Below are positions 1 through 13,428 of a stretch of DNA of 64,000 bases, in pieces (position 1 is the stretch's first letter; each line of letters begins with the position of its first letter). The DNA is from Eledone cirrhosa (Eukaryota): contig OZ024742.1 in assembly GCA_964016885.1 (NCBI GenBank), positions 44,454,001 through 44,518,000 of the forward strand. The letters are read 5' to 3'. The notes beneath the pieces were generated by a model. It did no database searches. It was given only the letters and a program-made list of their open reading frames with translations, and was not told the origin of the DNA. Made by a program: the position numbers and the translations under genes.

Positions 1-229
1 GACAAATGGTGCAGTGCACCTTACTGTTGCATTAGTGTTGCAGAAACTCGAGTCCGGGAACCTTACAGGCACCCGATTTACGTGTGTTGTGTTGAGGCAA
101 ATAACTTTGTGTATACTCTGGTAATGTATCTTACATTGCCCATGGAGTGCGCTGAGATACAACCGGTACTGGCATTGATAAATATGCTGGGTCCGTCAAC
201 CCTTATTATATATATATATATAGATATAA

Positions 230-700
230 TATATATAGCGATATATATATGAATGTATATATAGTGTAATTTGCAATACACTGTATGCTTAATTAACTAA
301 AACAATAGCATAAGGTCTTCGAAATGGTTTTAATTAAGTATACAGTGTATTGTAAAATACACTGTATATACATTCATATATATATCGCTATTTCAGAGCA
401 CCAATTCTAATTTTCAATTTCTGCTTGACCGGCAACCGCTCTGTATAATCAGTTCCTGATTTTTACTAGAATTCTATAAGAATCAGACATTCATGATTTT
501 CAGCAAACAGGAGGAGTAGTTAGCTTTGATAAGCACCAAAAAGTGCGAAACAGAGCGCTGTCAGCTTTATTTCCACTGTTTGCTGAAAATTAAAGTAAGT
601 GAGACTGTCACTACTCTAAAACAATAGCATAAGGTCTTCGAAATGCTTTTAATTAAGCATACAGTGTATTGCAAAATACACTATATATACATTCATTCAA
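230..700. mobile_element. Fold-back/duplicated short element (Penelope-pLTR-like) containing a hammerhead motif
   Basis: ~233-296 is the reverse complement of ~330-391; ~297-377 is a direct copy of ~616-696; hammerhead fold at 522-566; next to TA-rich tracts. Confidence 0.55.
522..566 (+). ncRNA. Type I hammerhead ribozyme motif, U3-A8 core variant
   Basis: AGCT-TTGATAA-GCAC(caaaaa)GTGC-GAAACAG(agcg)CTGTC^AGCT: helices I, II and III all pair; GUC cleavage triplet. Confidence 0.7.
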
Positions 701-1153
701 AGAGCAAAGGAGCTCTTAAGAGTCAATGGCCATCCAAAATCACCGGGAAACATGACCCCTTAGCCTTTGTCAAGGCAGAATTCTAGGAGAAGGAAAACTC
801 TGATATAACACTTGCAACTCTGATGGTATCCAATGATGTTGACTTGTTCTTCTTTTTGGTAAATATCATCTTGGTTAAGAGAGTGGGACTGGCTTTGTGC
901 AGTGCCTTTGCTCACTATAAAAGCTTCACAGCACAGGCATTGCTTTATATCTGGAGATCTCTCTGCACTTGTCGTCACATGGTATCATGGGCCTAGCACT
1001 ATGTGTGTCAATAATTGTCACAAGTGTAGTGTTTATACCAGAGTTTTCAAGTCGCTGGCTGGACTAAAAAGTGAAACTCGTTCAGCAGATCGGTAGGGGT
1101 TCTCCTACATGGATATAAAGTAGTGGCCGTACTCGAAAACGAGTTGGCAGCCA

Positions 1154-1199
<46 letters not shown>

Positions 1200-1232
1200 T
1201 ACTATGTCAGGGTATGTCATGCATCATTTTAT

Positions 1233-1293
1233 TTTATCTGATGAGGACGTACTGTTGAACTTAACTCAGTACCTCTGAAATATGTATAATAAA
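1233..1293 (+). ncRNA. Minimal type I hammerhead ribozyme motif
   Basis: TTTAT-CTGATGA-GGacGTACTG...CAGTACCTCT-GAAATATGTATA^ATAAA; near-palindromic helix III; AUA triplet. Confidence 0.7.
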
Positions 1294-1342
1294 CTATAAT
1301 TGATCACAAGAATATCTATTTTATATATCTATATCTCTGGAA

Positions 1343-1563
1343 AACATTTAACTGTTGAGTGCTTCCAATCTATTGTAAAACTCATTCTTTGATGTATTCA
1401 TTGAACCTCGTTTAACTTTTAAATATATATATATATATATCATCATCATCATCATCATTATCGTTTAACGTCCATTTTCCACGCTAGCATGGGTCTGGAC
1501 GGGAATTGTCCCACTTGAGGCAAGATTGGTTGTCTTGCTCAGGACTGTCTGGCGGGTTTTCTA
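1343..1563. repeat. Inverted repeat arm (partner ~3328-3543) made of pLTR-like tail + (TA)n + RTE 3' end
   Basis: Near-identical reverse complement of 3328-3543, read directly. Confidence 0.9.
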
Positions 1564-1659
1564 AAAGTTAAACAAGGTTCAATGAATACATCAAAGAATG
1601 AGTTTTACAATCTATTTAAAAGTTAAACAAGGTTCAATGTATTCATTGAACCTTGTTTA

Positions 1660-3452
1660 ACAAGTACCTAGCTAAAAGTAAACCCCTATACTTAGCCTTT
1701 GTTGACTTGGAGAAAGCCTTTGACAGAGTACCCCGCTCGATTATCTGGTGGGCTCTTAGAAAACTAGGTGTTGACGAATGGCTTGTGAGAGCTATACAAG
1801 CCATGTATAAAGAAACAGTCAGCAAAGTTAGAATTAACAACGAATATAGTGAAGAGTTCAGCGTAAAAGTTGGTGTTCATCAGGGCTCCGTCCTTAGCCC
1901 CCTACTATTTATTATAGCCCTTCAGGCTATAACAGAGGAGTTCAAGACCGGCTGCCCATGGGAACTCCTATATGCAGATGATCTAACGCTCATAGCTGAA
2001 TCAATGGCGGAACTAGAGAAGAAATTTGAAACATGGCAGCATGGCCTAGAATCAAAAGGCCTTAAAGTTAACTTGCCTAAGACTAAAGTTCTAGTTTGTA
2101 GGAAGGAAAATAGGGCACCGGTCCCATCTGGGAAATGGCCATGCTCAGTGTGTAGGAGCGGAGTAGGTAGAAACTCTATTTTATGTCCCAAATGCAAAGT
2201 ATGGGTGCATAAAAGATGTAGTGGGATCATAGGTAAGCGAACTAAGAATATAGATTTTATATGTGGCCGGTGCTCTGGTGCAATAAGTAGCAGCAAGTGC
2301 CCACAGAATACTAACTCATTCCATTGCACAGATGGTTCTATAGAAATAGTGGACACCTCCCGTTACCTGGGTGACAAAATCAGCAGTGGGAGAGGGTGCT
2401 CTGAAAGTACAATAGCTAGAGTCAGACGAGATGGAAAAAGTTCAGAGAGCTTATACCACTATTGACCGCTAAAGGGTTCTCTCTAAAAATGAAAGGCAGG
2501 CTGTATGATGCCTGCATACGAACAGCAATGTTACATGGCAGTGAGACCTGGGCATTGTGTGCAGAGGATATACGCAGACTGGAGAGAAATGAAGCTTGCA
2601 TGCTCCGCTGGATGTGTAATAGTAATAGACGTGAACGGCAAAGCATAAACGAACTAAGGGAGAAATTAGGAATAAGAGGGATCAGATGTTATTTACTCGA
2701 GAGAAGACTACGTTGGTATGGTCACGTGATGCGCATGAAAGACGACAGCTGTATAAAAAAGTGCAGGGCGATAAAAATAGACCATAGCCACGGAGTAGGC
2801 AGACCCAGAAAAACCTGGGACGACTTGATAAATTCCGACCTCACACACTTACACCTCTCCAAGACAATGTCACTGGACCGAGATCTTTGGCACTACACAG
2901 TTATACAGAAGACCCGCCTTGCCTAAGTACAAAGCGAAACCTACAGTCAGTAGGCACCTCTAACAAAATACACCCCCCGTCCCACTACCCCCACCCCATC
3001 CACAACACCCCCTTAAATGTGAAGTTATCTTGGTACCATAACATCCAATCCGAAACAAATGAGGTTGTGTAGGTGTCACGACAAAAAAAACACACAGTCC
3101 ACGCTGTAATGTGGCCGTGTAGGTAACACGGTAAAAACCTCCCAGTTCACACTGTAAACGTGGTTGGTGTTGGGAAGGGCACCCAGCCGTAGAAAACCCG
3201 CCAGACGTGTAGGTGTCACTACAATAAAACACACAGTCCACGCTGTAATGTGGCCGTGTAGGTAACACGGTAAAAAACTCCCAGTCCACACTGTAAACGT
3301 GGTTGGTGTTAGGAAGGGCATCCAGCCGTAGAAAACCCGCCAGACAGTCCTGAGCAAGACAACCAATCTTGCCTCAAGTGGGACAATTCCCGTCCAGACC
3401 CATGCTAGCGTGGAAAATGGACGTTAAACGATGATGATGATGATGATGATGA
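1660..3452 (+). mobile_element. 5'-truncated RTE-clade LINE with 3' UTR and (GAT)n tail
   Basis: RT motifs FVDLEKAFD, GVHQGSVLSP, YADD; C-terminal RLRWYGHVMR...GRPRKTW; internally repeated 3' UTR; ends GGACGTTAAAC(GAT)n. Confidence 0.95.
1662..2926 (+). pseudogene. RTE reverse transcriptase fragment, frameshifted near 2425
   Basis: ORFs 1653-2465 and 2462-2926 join into one RT; 1-nt loss relative to the sister copy at ~6370-6390 (ARVKTGWKKF). Confidence 0.9.
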
Positions 3453-3821
3453 TATATATATATTTAAAAATTAAACAAGGTTCAATGAATACATCAAAGA
3501 ATGAGTTTTACAATAGATTGGAAGCACTCAACAGTTAAATGTTAAAAGTGGTCGTGTAGGTGCCACGGAAAAAAGCACCCAGCACTCACTGTAAATGATG
3601 ATGATGAAGAAGATGATGATGATATATATATGTATGTATGAATTAATAAAATAATGAATAAACAAAGAAACAGTTCCTTATATTAAAAAAATTCATCATT
3701 TTATGATCATTTCTAGGATATATATGTGTTAGAGTTGGTATGCATATTCTATAGATCTATGTACAATATTTATACAAACTATCAGAGGGAATATACATAC
3801 CTACACATATATATGCTGTCT

Positions 3822-4252
3822 TCAGAAATAATGATATTTGTTTATTGAAAAAAACAAAGATTCAATACAATAGGTCTGTTTGGGAACAGGTTTTGAATTG
3901 ACCAATAGAGAGATAGTGAGGGTCAAGATAGTAATATAGTAGTAGAAGAACCTTAAATTATGGGTAGAGGAAGGTAGATTTCAGTTTTGAATGAAGGATT
4001 ATTTTAGGGAAGAAAATAGGTCGTATGGTGACCTCAGAAATAATTTTATTTGTTCATTGAATAAAACCAACAAAGATCTAATATATTCTGTCTGTTTGGT
4101 AAGAGGTTTAGAATTAACCAATAGAAAGTTAATAATTGGCCAAATGGTAAAATAGTAGTAATTGAAGTTTATTTTAGGGGTAGATGAAGGTAGATTTCAG
4201 TTTTGAATGGAGTGTGAAGAATGAGAAGGTTATTTTAGGGGTGAAAATAGGT
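3822..4252. repeat. Diverged tandem duplication, ~213-bp unit x2
   Basis: CAGAAATAAT...GAAGGTAGATTTCAGTTTTGAATG...GAAAATAGGTC occurs twice in the same order. Confidence 0.75.
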
Positions 4253-4882
4253 CAGGTCAGTAAAAGGTATACAAGCAGTTGCTGTTATAAAATAGTAATG
4301 CCAATGCAAATATCTAAGGAGACTAAAGTTTTACAATAAGAGTGTTAGTGAAAAAAATACATCCATGAAAAGAATATAAATTAATTTAATTGATGGGTAT
4401 ATTTATATTGATAAAATTATACTAATGCATATAGATATGATAAATAAGAGTTAGATGTAGTTGAAGAGTGCTGTTAAAGATGAGGGGAAATTAAAAGAAT
4501 ATAAAAATAATATATATATATATATACACATATATATATATATATATACATACACATACACACACACATATACACACATATATATATATATACACACATA
4601 TATATATATATATACACGCATATATACATACATACATATATACATACACACACATACACACTTACATATAATACAACATATTTTGAATACTCAAACATAC
4701 ATTGTTATATTCAATAAATATATCTGTATGGTGGTGCCCCAGCATGGCCTCAACCTGTCAGGTGGAACACATAGATTATATAAATGTGAATATAAATAAA
4801 TATATATATATGTATATACAGGGTGTCCCCCAAAAATGTACACACACTTTTACAAAATGTACAGGCAATATTTATTAGAATA

Positions 4883-4931
<49 letters not shown>

Positions 4932-4938
<7 letters not shown>

Positions 4939-5595
4939 AATATGGGGAGAAGAATACTGCATGGTTGCACATGGATAACATGTTATAAAATGAGTCCCTC
5001 ATCAGTGATTTGCCAACGGTCATTAGGTATTTCATTGCATTAAAAATCATATACCTCACGTTGGTGCAATAATAACTAAAATAAGTTATTAGGACAATTA
5101 AAACGCGTAAAGCGAGTGAGACAAGTAAACAACACAGGGGAAAGCTAACCGAAGACAGGAAGAAACACAAGCTGCATAGTTATTCTATCAGTATAAGCTG
5201 GGTGAATATATGAGTGAGTAAGAAATAGACCTTTCGCGATGAATCCGATGTAAGAAAGAAGGAGAATCGTTTTCGTAGCGAACGGGTTGAAGTGAGAAGG
5301 GGAGAAACAGTGAGTGAGTGAGTGGAAGTGCGAGGAAGAGGTCAGTTGAGAGAAAGTGTTAACTGACATGACAGAGGGGACGAAAGAAAGTAAGAGAAAC
5401 AGAGAGAACAAGGGAGCAGTAAGAGAGAGAGAGAGAAAAACACAGAATCGCAGTTTAGGTAAATATATGTGAAAAATATGGGGAGAAGAATACTGCATGG
5501 TTGCACATGGATAACATGTTATAAAATGAGTCCCTCATCAGTGATTTGCCAACGATCATTGGTATTTCATTGCATTAAAAATCATATACCTCACG
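4932..5595 (+). mobile_element. Small direct-repeat-bounded element (TRIM-like) in (TA)n
   Basis: ~128-bp direct repeats 4932-5060 and 5468-5595 (about 3 differences); TGTGA...TCACG ends; TGGTGCA just after the left repeat; 407-bp non-coding interior. Confidence 0.55.
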
Positions 5596-5606
5596 ATATA
5601 TATATA

Positions 5607-5729
5607 TTGTTATGCTTTGGGAGGGTCATGTTGCCAATAAGAAACACACGCACCAGTTGCTTTCACTTCAATTTATTATAAATTAAATTTATAAATTTCC
5701 GGTTGGTTGGTTGGTTCCACAACCAGATG

Positions 5730-5763
<34 letters not shown>

Positions 5764-6985
5764 GTTTAACGTCCATATTCCACGCTTGCATGGGTTTCGA
5801 CGGGAGTTTTCCCACTTGAGGCAAGAGTGGTTGTCTTGCTCGCATAGGACTGTCTGGCGGGTTTTCTACGGCTGGATGCTCTTCCTAACACCAACCACAT
5901 TTGCAGTGTGGAACTGGGAGATTTTACCGTGTTACCTACACGGCCACATTACAGTGTGGACTGTGTGTTTTTTTGTCGTGACACCTACATGACCTCATTT
6001 GTTTCGGGCTGGATGTTGTGATACCAACATAACTTTACATTGCACTTTTTTATACAGCTGTCGTCTTTCATGCGCATCACGTGACCATACCAACGTAGTT
6101 TTCTCTCGAGTAAACAACATCTGATCCCTCTTATTTCTAATTTCTCCCTTAGTACGTTTATGCTTTGCCGTTTACGTATATTACTATTACACATCCAGCG
6201 GAGCATGCAAGCTTCGTTTCTCTCCAGTCTGCATATATCCTCTGCACACAATGCCCAGGTCTCACTGCCATGTAACATTGCTGTTCGTATGCAGGCATCA
6301 TACAGCCTGCCTTTCATTTTTAGAGAGAACCCTTTAGCGGCCAATAGTGGTATAAGCTCTCTGAACTTTTTCCATCCCGTTTTGACTCTAGCTACTGTAC
6401 TTTCAGAGCACCCTCCCCCACTGCTGATTTTATCACCCAGGTAACGGAAGCTGTCCACTATTTTTATAGAACCATCTGTACAATGGAATGAGTTAGTATT
6501 CTGTGGGCACTTGCTGCTACTTATTGCACCAGAGCACCGGCCACATATAAAATCTATATTCTTAGTTAGCTTACCTGTGATCCCACTACATTTTTTATGT
6601 ACCCATACTTTGCATTTGGGACATAAAATGGAGTTTCTACCTACTCCTTTCCTACACACTGAGCATGGCCATTTCCCAGATGGGACCGGTGCCCTATTTT
6701 CCTTCCTACAAACTAGTGTCAAAGTTCTTTCGTCACACATTCTGTGTGACGAAAGAACTTTGACAATATATGAACAATCGTCTGGTTGTGGAACCAACCA
6801 ACCAACCGGAAATTTATAAATTCCTAAATTTATAAATTTAATTTATAATAAATTGAAGTGAAAGCAACTGGTGTGTGTGTTTCTTATTGGCAACATGACC
6901 CTCCCAAAGCATAACAATATCGGTTTCAACACACGTTTTCAGATAAAGAATCTTGCTAAAGAAATTCAGAAACGAAATATATATA
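5607..6985. mobile_element. Fold-back pLTR-like element (same family as 38520-38780) whose left arm is interrupted by an RTE
   Basis: 5607-5738 plus 6717-6735 are the reverse complement of ~6740-6917; symmetry centre at the GTCACA...TGTGAC hairpin. Confidence 0.8.
5736..6716 (-). mobile_element. Truncated RTE LINE with an internal deletion
   Basis: ORF 5985-6797 matches the RT C-terminal part of the 1660-3452 copy; coding region jumps to the 3' UTR at ~6040; (CAT)n tail at 5736-5763. Confidence 0.95.
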
Positions 6986-7050
6986 TATATATATATCACA
7001 CACACACACACATATATATATATTGCAAACTTGACTGTCACCACAGAATA

Positions 7051-7089
7051 TGAATCTGAAGATTGCGAAAGCATGAAAGTACTTGTTCA
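7051..7089 (+). ncRNA. Minimal type I hammerhead ribozyme motif
   Basis: TGAAT-CTGAAGA-tTGC(GAAA)GCAt-GAAAGTACTT^GTTCA; palindromic helix III; module lies between TA tracts. Confidence 0.75.
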
Positions 7090-7225
7090 ATTAACACTTA
7101 ACATTTAATATTCTACCATACTATTTCATTCTAATACCATTATAAATTTTAAAGGATTGTAAATAAAACGAGTAAATCAGACAAAGTTAGAATTCCTTTT
7201 ATTAATATGAATATATATATACATA

Positions 7226-7279
<54 letters not shown>

Positions 7280-7292
7280 TATACATACGTAT

Positions 7293-7507
7293 AGGCGCCA
7301 TGGAAAAAGCACCCACCACTCACTGTATATGAGGTGTTTGGAAGGGCATCCAGCTGTAGAAATCAAGCCAGAATCAGTTCCCGTATGAGCAAGGCATGGT
7401 CAGCCAACCGGACACTGCCCACAAAAGGACAATCCGTCTAACCCATGCTAGCGTGGAAGAACGGACATAAAATGGTGATGATGATGATGATGATGATATA
7501 TATATAC

Positions 7508-7561
<54 letters not shown>

Positions 7562-7745
7562 TCATTTCATCATTTCATTTTACGTCCGCTTTTTCCCTGC
7601 TTGCAAGGGTGGGACGGGAACTGATGCTGGCTTGATTTCTACAGCTGGATGCCCTTCCTAACACCAACCTCATTTACAGTGAGTGCTGGGTGCTTTTTTG
7701 CCGTGGCACCTCCACGACCACTTTGCAGTGGTATGATATGGACCC
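7293..7745. mobile_element. Two RTE 3'-end fragments facing each other across (TA)n
   Basis: + copy 7293-7497 ends GGACATAAAATG(GAT)n; - copy 7560-7745 carries the same terminal motif reversed. Confidence 0.75.
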
Positions 7746-7759
7746 CAGTCCCTATCATC

Positions 7760-7902
7760 TCATTTCTACAGCTGAGTAAACTGGAGCAATGTGAAATAAA
7801 GTGTCTTGCTCAAGGAAACAACACATCACCCAGTCTGAGAATTGAACTCACAACCTTTCGATTGCAAGGCCAATGCTCTAACCACTAAGCCATGTGCCTC
7901 CA
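7760..7902 (-). mobile_element. tRNA-derived SINE, family B (5' part)
   Basis: Reverse strand has A box TGGCTTAGTGG, B box GAGTTCAATTC and CCTTGAGCAAGACAC; related to copies at 14640, 31955 and 38810. Confidence 0.8.
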
Positions 7903-7969
7903 CCTATATATATATATATATATATACAATATATTAATAAATGGAATCTATATTTATAAAACTATAATT

Positions 7970-8032
7970 ATTTTATTATATATATTTCAAGGCGACCAAG
8001 GTAAATTATGGTGCGCTTTCATCAGATAAAAT
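7970..8032 (-). ncRNA. Minimal type I hammerhead motif inside fold-back element 7930-8250
   Basis: Minus strand ATTTTAT-CTGATGA-AAGCGcACCA...TGGTCGCCTT-GAAATATATATA^ATAAAAT; 7930-7989 is inverted at 8101-8160. Confidence 0.75.
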
Positions 8033-8251
8033 ACCGATTTGTTTTATAAATAAATATTGAGATACCTGGAAAAAAGACAATCTAAACAGTTGAAATTCGC
8101 TGAAATATATATAATAAAATAATTATGGTTTTATAAATATAGTTTCCATTTATTAATATATGGTATATTTACTCCACCAATTGTTGAGTGCTTTATATCA
8201 ATTATAAAAATGTTTAAGCTTGTTGAATCCCAACAAATTAAATATAACCTC

Positions 8252-8328
<77 letters not shown>

Positions 8329-8349
8329 ATAATTTTTTCCCTTGCTGTT

Positions 8350-8388
<39 letters not shown>

Positions 8389-8444
8389 ACCTGATATTTA
8401 ATCATTTAACAGTTGAGTCGTTTTATATTGTTTAGCTACTTTTG

Positions 8445-9354
8445 ATGCCACCACAGTCACCACTACTGTAACCACCACAACCACCCCCACAATCACCACT
8501 ACTATAACTACTACTACAACTACCACCACAACCGCCTCCACAATCACCACTACTATAACTCCCACCATCACCACCACAACCACCTCCACAATCACCACTA
8601 CTATAACTCCCACCATCACCACCACAACCACCTCCACAATCACTACAACTACAACCACAACCACAACCACCTCCACAATCACCACTACTATAACTACTAG
8701 TACAACCACCTCCACAATCACCACTACTATAACTACTAGTACAACTACCACCACAACCGCCTCCACAATCACCACTACTATAACTCCCACCATCACCACC
8801 ACAACCACCTCCACAATCACTACTACTATAACTACTACTACAACCACCACCACAACCACCTCCACAATCACCACTACTATAACTACTACTACAACCAGCA
8901 CCACAACCACCTCCACAATCACCACTACTATAACTCCCACCATCACCACCACTATCACTGGTACCAGTACTACCACAGCAACAACAACACAGCTACAAAC
9001 ACCACCACTACCACCACTGTCACTATTACTATTACCAAAAGCAATATTACTACTACTACCACCAACACAACTACTGCCACTACCACAATCAACATCACCT
9101 GTAGTACTACTACTACAATGATAACTACTACTACTACTATTACTTCTACTAAAGCCATCACTACAACCACTACAATGACCACAAACGATACCACTACCAC
9201 CACCTCAGCCACTACTGCTACTATAGTATACTATATTATACAAGTCACAAGCACTGCAATTTATACTGTCACTAGTGGCACTACTACTACTACTACTGCT
9301 ACTACTACTGCTACTGCTACCTCCACTACTACTACTATCACCACCACCACAGCA

Positions 9355-9428
<74 letters not shown>

Positions 9429-9572
9429 GACTACTACTACTACTACTACTATTACTATTACTATTACTACTACTACTACTACTGCCACCTTACTTCTACT
9501 ACTATCACCACCACAACTACTACTACTACTACTACTACTACTACTGCCACCTCCACTATTATTACTATCACG

Positions 9573-9612
<40 letters not shown>

Positions 9613-9725
9613 TCACCACCACTACCACTGCCACCATCAGCACAACCAGTACCAGTACTTGTACTACTATACAACTACTACTACAACCAACACAACCACC
9701 ATCAATACCACTACCACAACTACAA

Positions 9726-9758
<33 letters not shown>

Positions 9759-9790
9759 TTGCTACTACTACAACTACTACTGCTACCTTC
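8445..9790. repeat. Compound trinucleotide array (ACC/ACT/GCT) with ~50-nt higher-order units
   Basis: Recurrent ACCTCCACAATCACCACTACTATAACT blocks, then (ACT)n. Confidence 0.9.
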
Positions 9791-10125
9791 CTAGTGCTAT
9801 CAATCACTTGAAGATGCTGGATGGCAGAAGAGAAGAGGAGGCAAGATGAGAGAGAGAGACAGAGTGAGAGAGATAATGTATATATGTTGCAACAGTGGAA
9901 ATGGCTGCAAGAAGAACAAAACACATGTTTGGGTAAATAATCAACCACTGTAATATAGATATCAATCTATATACACATCTCGGTCTATATACATTATATA
10001 GCTTATACATCTCTATGATAATATATAAGCTATTACCATAAACACACTAAACACTCTCTCTCTCTCTCTCTCTCTCAATCTATTTATCCATCTATCTATC
10101 TATCTAAGAGCTCAGCTGTTGGGCC

Positions 10126-10156
<31 letters not shown>

Positions 10157-10265
10157 TACACATATATATATATATATATTATAAAAACACTCCATACACA
10201 TATGTATAATACATAGATCTATAAACACAACCTCAGTACCTCTCACTATTTTGCCACACACACAT

Positions 10266-10312
<47 letters not shown>

Positions 10313-10562
10313 CATTGGTTGATATATATATATAGACTGTTGATTGTTAGATATACAGATATCAATATAAACGGCTCATCCTTTCTACAAAACAAACAGC
10401 CACCATCACCACCTCAAGCTGGCTGATAGCAAGTTGGATTAATAAGACTGCCAAACCAAAACTTCCTTGATATTTCAATTAACCTCACCTGGAACCTGGA
10501 ATGGTTAACAAATCAATTTTTCATTACAAATTCATTTGATTTTTAATTTTGACTATAAATAC

Positions 10563-10613
<51 letters not shown>

Positions 10614-10830
10614 CATATATATATATACATATATACATATATACATACATATATATAAATATATATATATATATACATATTTATATATATATATATACAT
10701 GCGTACATATAGTACCATTGAAGAATTTATGAGCAGGCCATGGGGTGTTGGTTATTGAATAGCTGAAATCTTGAGAAATGGACCACAGTAATATTGAAAC
10801 TCAAAGAGATAATGGTGGGACACTAGAGAA

Positions 10831-10873
<43 letters not shown>

Positions 10874-10904
10874 TAATAAAAATAATAATAATAATAGTAA
10901 TAAA

Positions 10905-11197
10905 AGAAGCAAACAAACAAAATATCTGCTGCGAATTTCCTTTGGGTCAATATTTGGGCTTTCTATGTTGAATCGCCCGACAACAAACAACATTTAAAAA
11001 AATTTAAATTTGTCGTTGGATTTGGAATTTATTGGAAGAAACGAAGAATTATATAAGACAGAAATAACACCGAGGAAATATTAGAAGAAAAACAGGGTTG
11101 AAAATAATAGCAGCCACAATAATAATAAAAGAACAAGATAAATTATTATCAAAGGAGGAGGAAGAAGAAAGTCTGATCGCCAAGTACTATTGAATAT
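10905..11197 (+). other. Candidate non-coding first exon ending at splice donor GTAAGT (11198)
   Basis: Non-repetitive and locally CpG-retaining; consensus donor AT|GTAAGT. Start position is a guess. Confidence 0.3.
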
Positions 11198-12201
11198 GTA
11201 AGTACACGTTTGAGGATTTTTATATTTTTGTATTATCGGCTGTTTTGTGTATTCTTTCTTGCTTGTATGACAACTGTATCTCAGCTCTTGTGTGTGTGTA
11301 GGATAGAAGGAGGTGAGAGAGGGGGAGAGATGAGAGTGAGAGAGAAAGAGTGTGTGTGAGAGAGGGGGAAGAGCAGCTTATGCTCTTCTTTTCTTTGCTA
11401 GTTTTCATCTTGACTTCATCTTCATTTTGCCTCACCTCTCCTCTTTCCTTCCATTCTCTTCATACACATATATAACCACACATCTATAAACATACATGTA
11501 TAACCACTGTTAAATATATACATTTGTGTATAAATATAAATACTTAAATAAAATTGGTGTTATTTGTAAAAAAACGAAAAAAATATGAATAAATAATTAT
11601 AATGATAAATGTTTCTATATGACACCAATAATGATGCTTAATGTTTATTATTGATATTTCTGTTTTGTTCAAGACATGACAGTTCAAATAATAATAATAA
11701 TAAATGTGATGATGATCATAATCTCCTTCCAATTCTTCTTATTAGTCTAGATGTTCATCCTTCTTCCCAATACATAGAGACAGCTAGAATTGCATTGATT
11801 TCATAAGCTAATATTACACACATCTTTATGTGTATTGATTCAACTTGGAGGGGAAGGGGTCTATCAATTTTCTTCTGATCTCAATTAAATTATGCCTTAA
11901 AGGGAGTTGATTAAAACCAGTTATATCTGGAAGATGTCCTCCACAAACTTTGCCAATCTTATTGAAATAAAATCTCTTTTATGAAGTATCTAATGAATTG
12001 ATTGATGTCACCTGTATCAAATGATATTCAAATATTTCTCTAAAGGGAGTCAGTTCACAGTATGTATGGGGACAAAAGGACTTAACCATAAATATCATCA
12101 TTATTCTACTATTGCTCATTTTGGTTAAAATCTCTCATGTGAAATCACTTCACATGTACACACACACACATACACATATATATATGTATATATATAATAT
12201 A

Positions 12202-12248
<47 letters not shown>

Positions 12249-12428
12249 ACAATTAAATCACTTCCAAGGTAACTCTATCTCATGTTATTATTTTTACACT
12301 CTTTCCTACGTTCCTCTACACACTATGCGTCTCATTCTACATTTCCTCTTACATCTCTCTCTTTACCACCTGATTCTTTACCTGGAAATTTACCCATCTG
12401 CATTGTTGAGGCTTCCAAAATGATCAAT

Positions 12429-12858
<430 letters not shown>

Positions 12859-13428
12859 AAAGATTCCTGAGTTGTGTCAGGGAGTAAACATAATTAATAA
12901 AGGCACTCAATATATTGGTAGCGTATAGGCATCTTTATTATATATATAGAAATTACTTCTACAGAACTAGAAATGTTTCATTCATATGAAATCACCGGGA
13001 CAGTCCTGTAGAAGTCATTTCTTTATATACACACATATATATTGATGCTATTTTAAAACTCTTATTATAATCAACTATTTCCCTAAACAAATAACAACAC
13101 TGTTTATAAACAAATTACATTCTCCCACAAACAACTTTAATCATGCCCTCTACATATTATATATAATAATGATATTCTCATCAAATATTCTTATTTTAGC
13201 CAAACATTTTCACCAATCATTTATGAATGAAAGACACCAACACAAATATATCTGTTATACAGTTGTCATACTGTTGTCGGCATTTGTTCAAATGTATCAA
13301 AATAATACACACATTGATGACTTAAAAAAAAATTATTTACTTCATAAAGACCTAAACCATGATATATCTCAACTTTACTGATATCTATTTCGGTCAATCA
13401 TAAATGAAATCACATCACAAACACTTAA

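Noticed and set aside
4985-5040. Hammerhead in the TRIM-like repeats (CTGATGA on the minus strand)
   Set aside because: No helix II closed by GAAA and no valid NUH in any permutation I could fold.
5985-6797. Novel fusion protein ORF
   Set aside because: Chance read-through from the fold-back element into a deleted RTE fragment.
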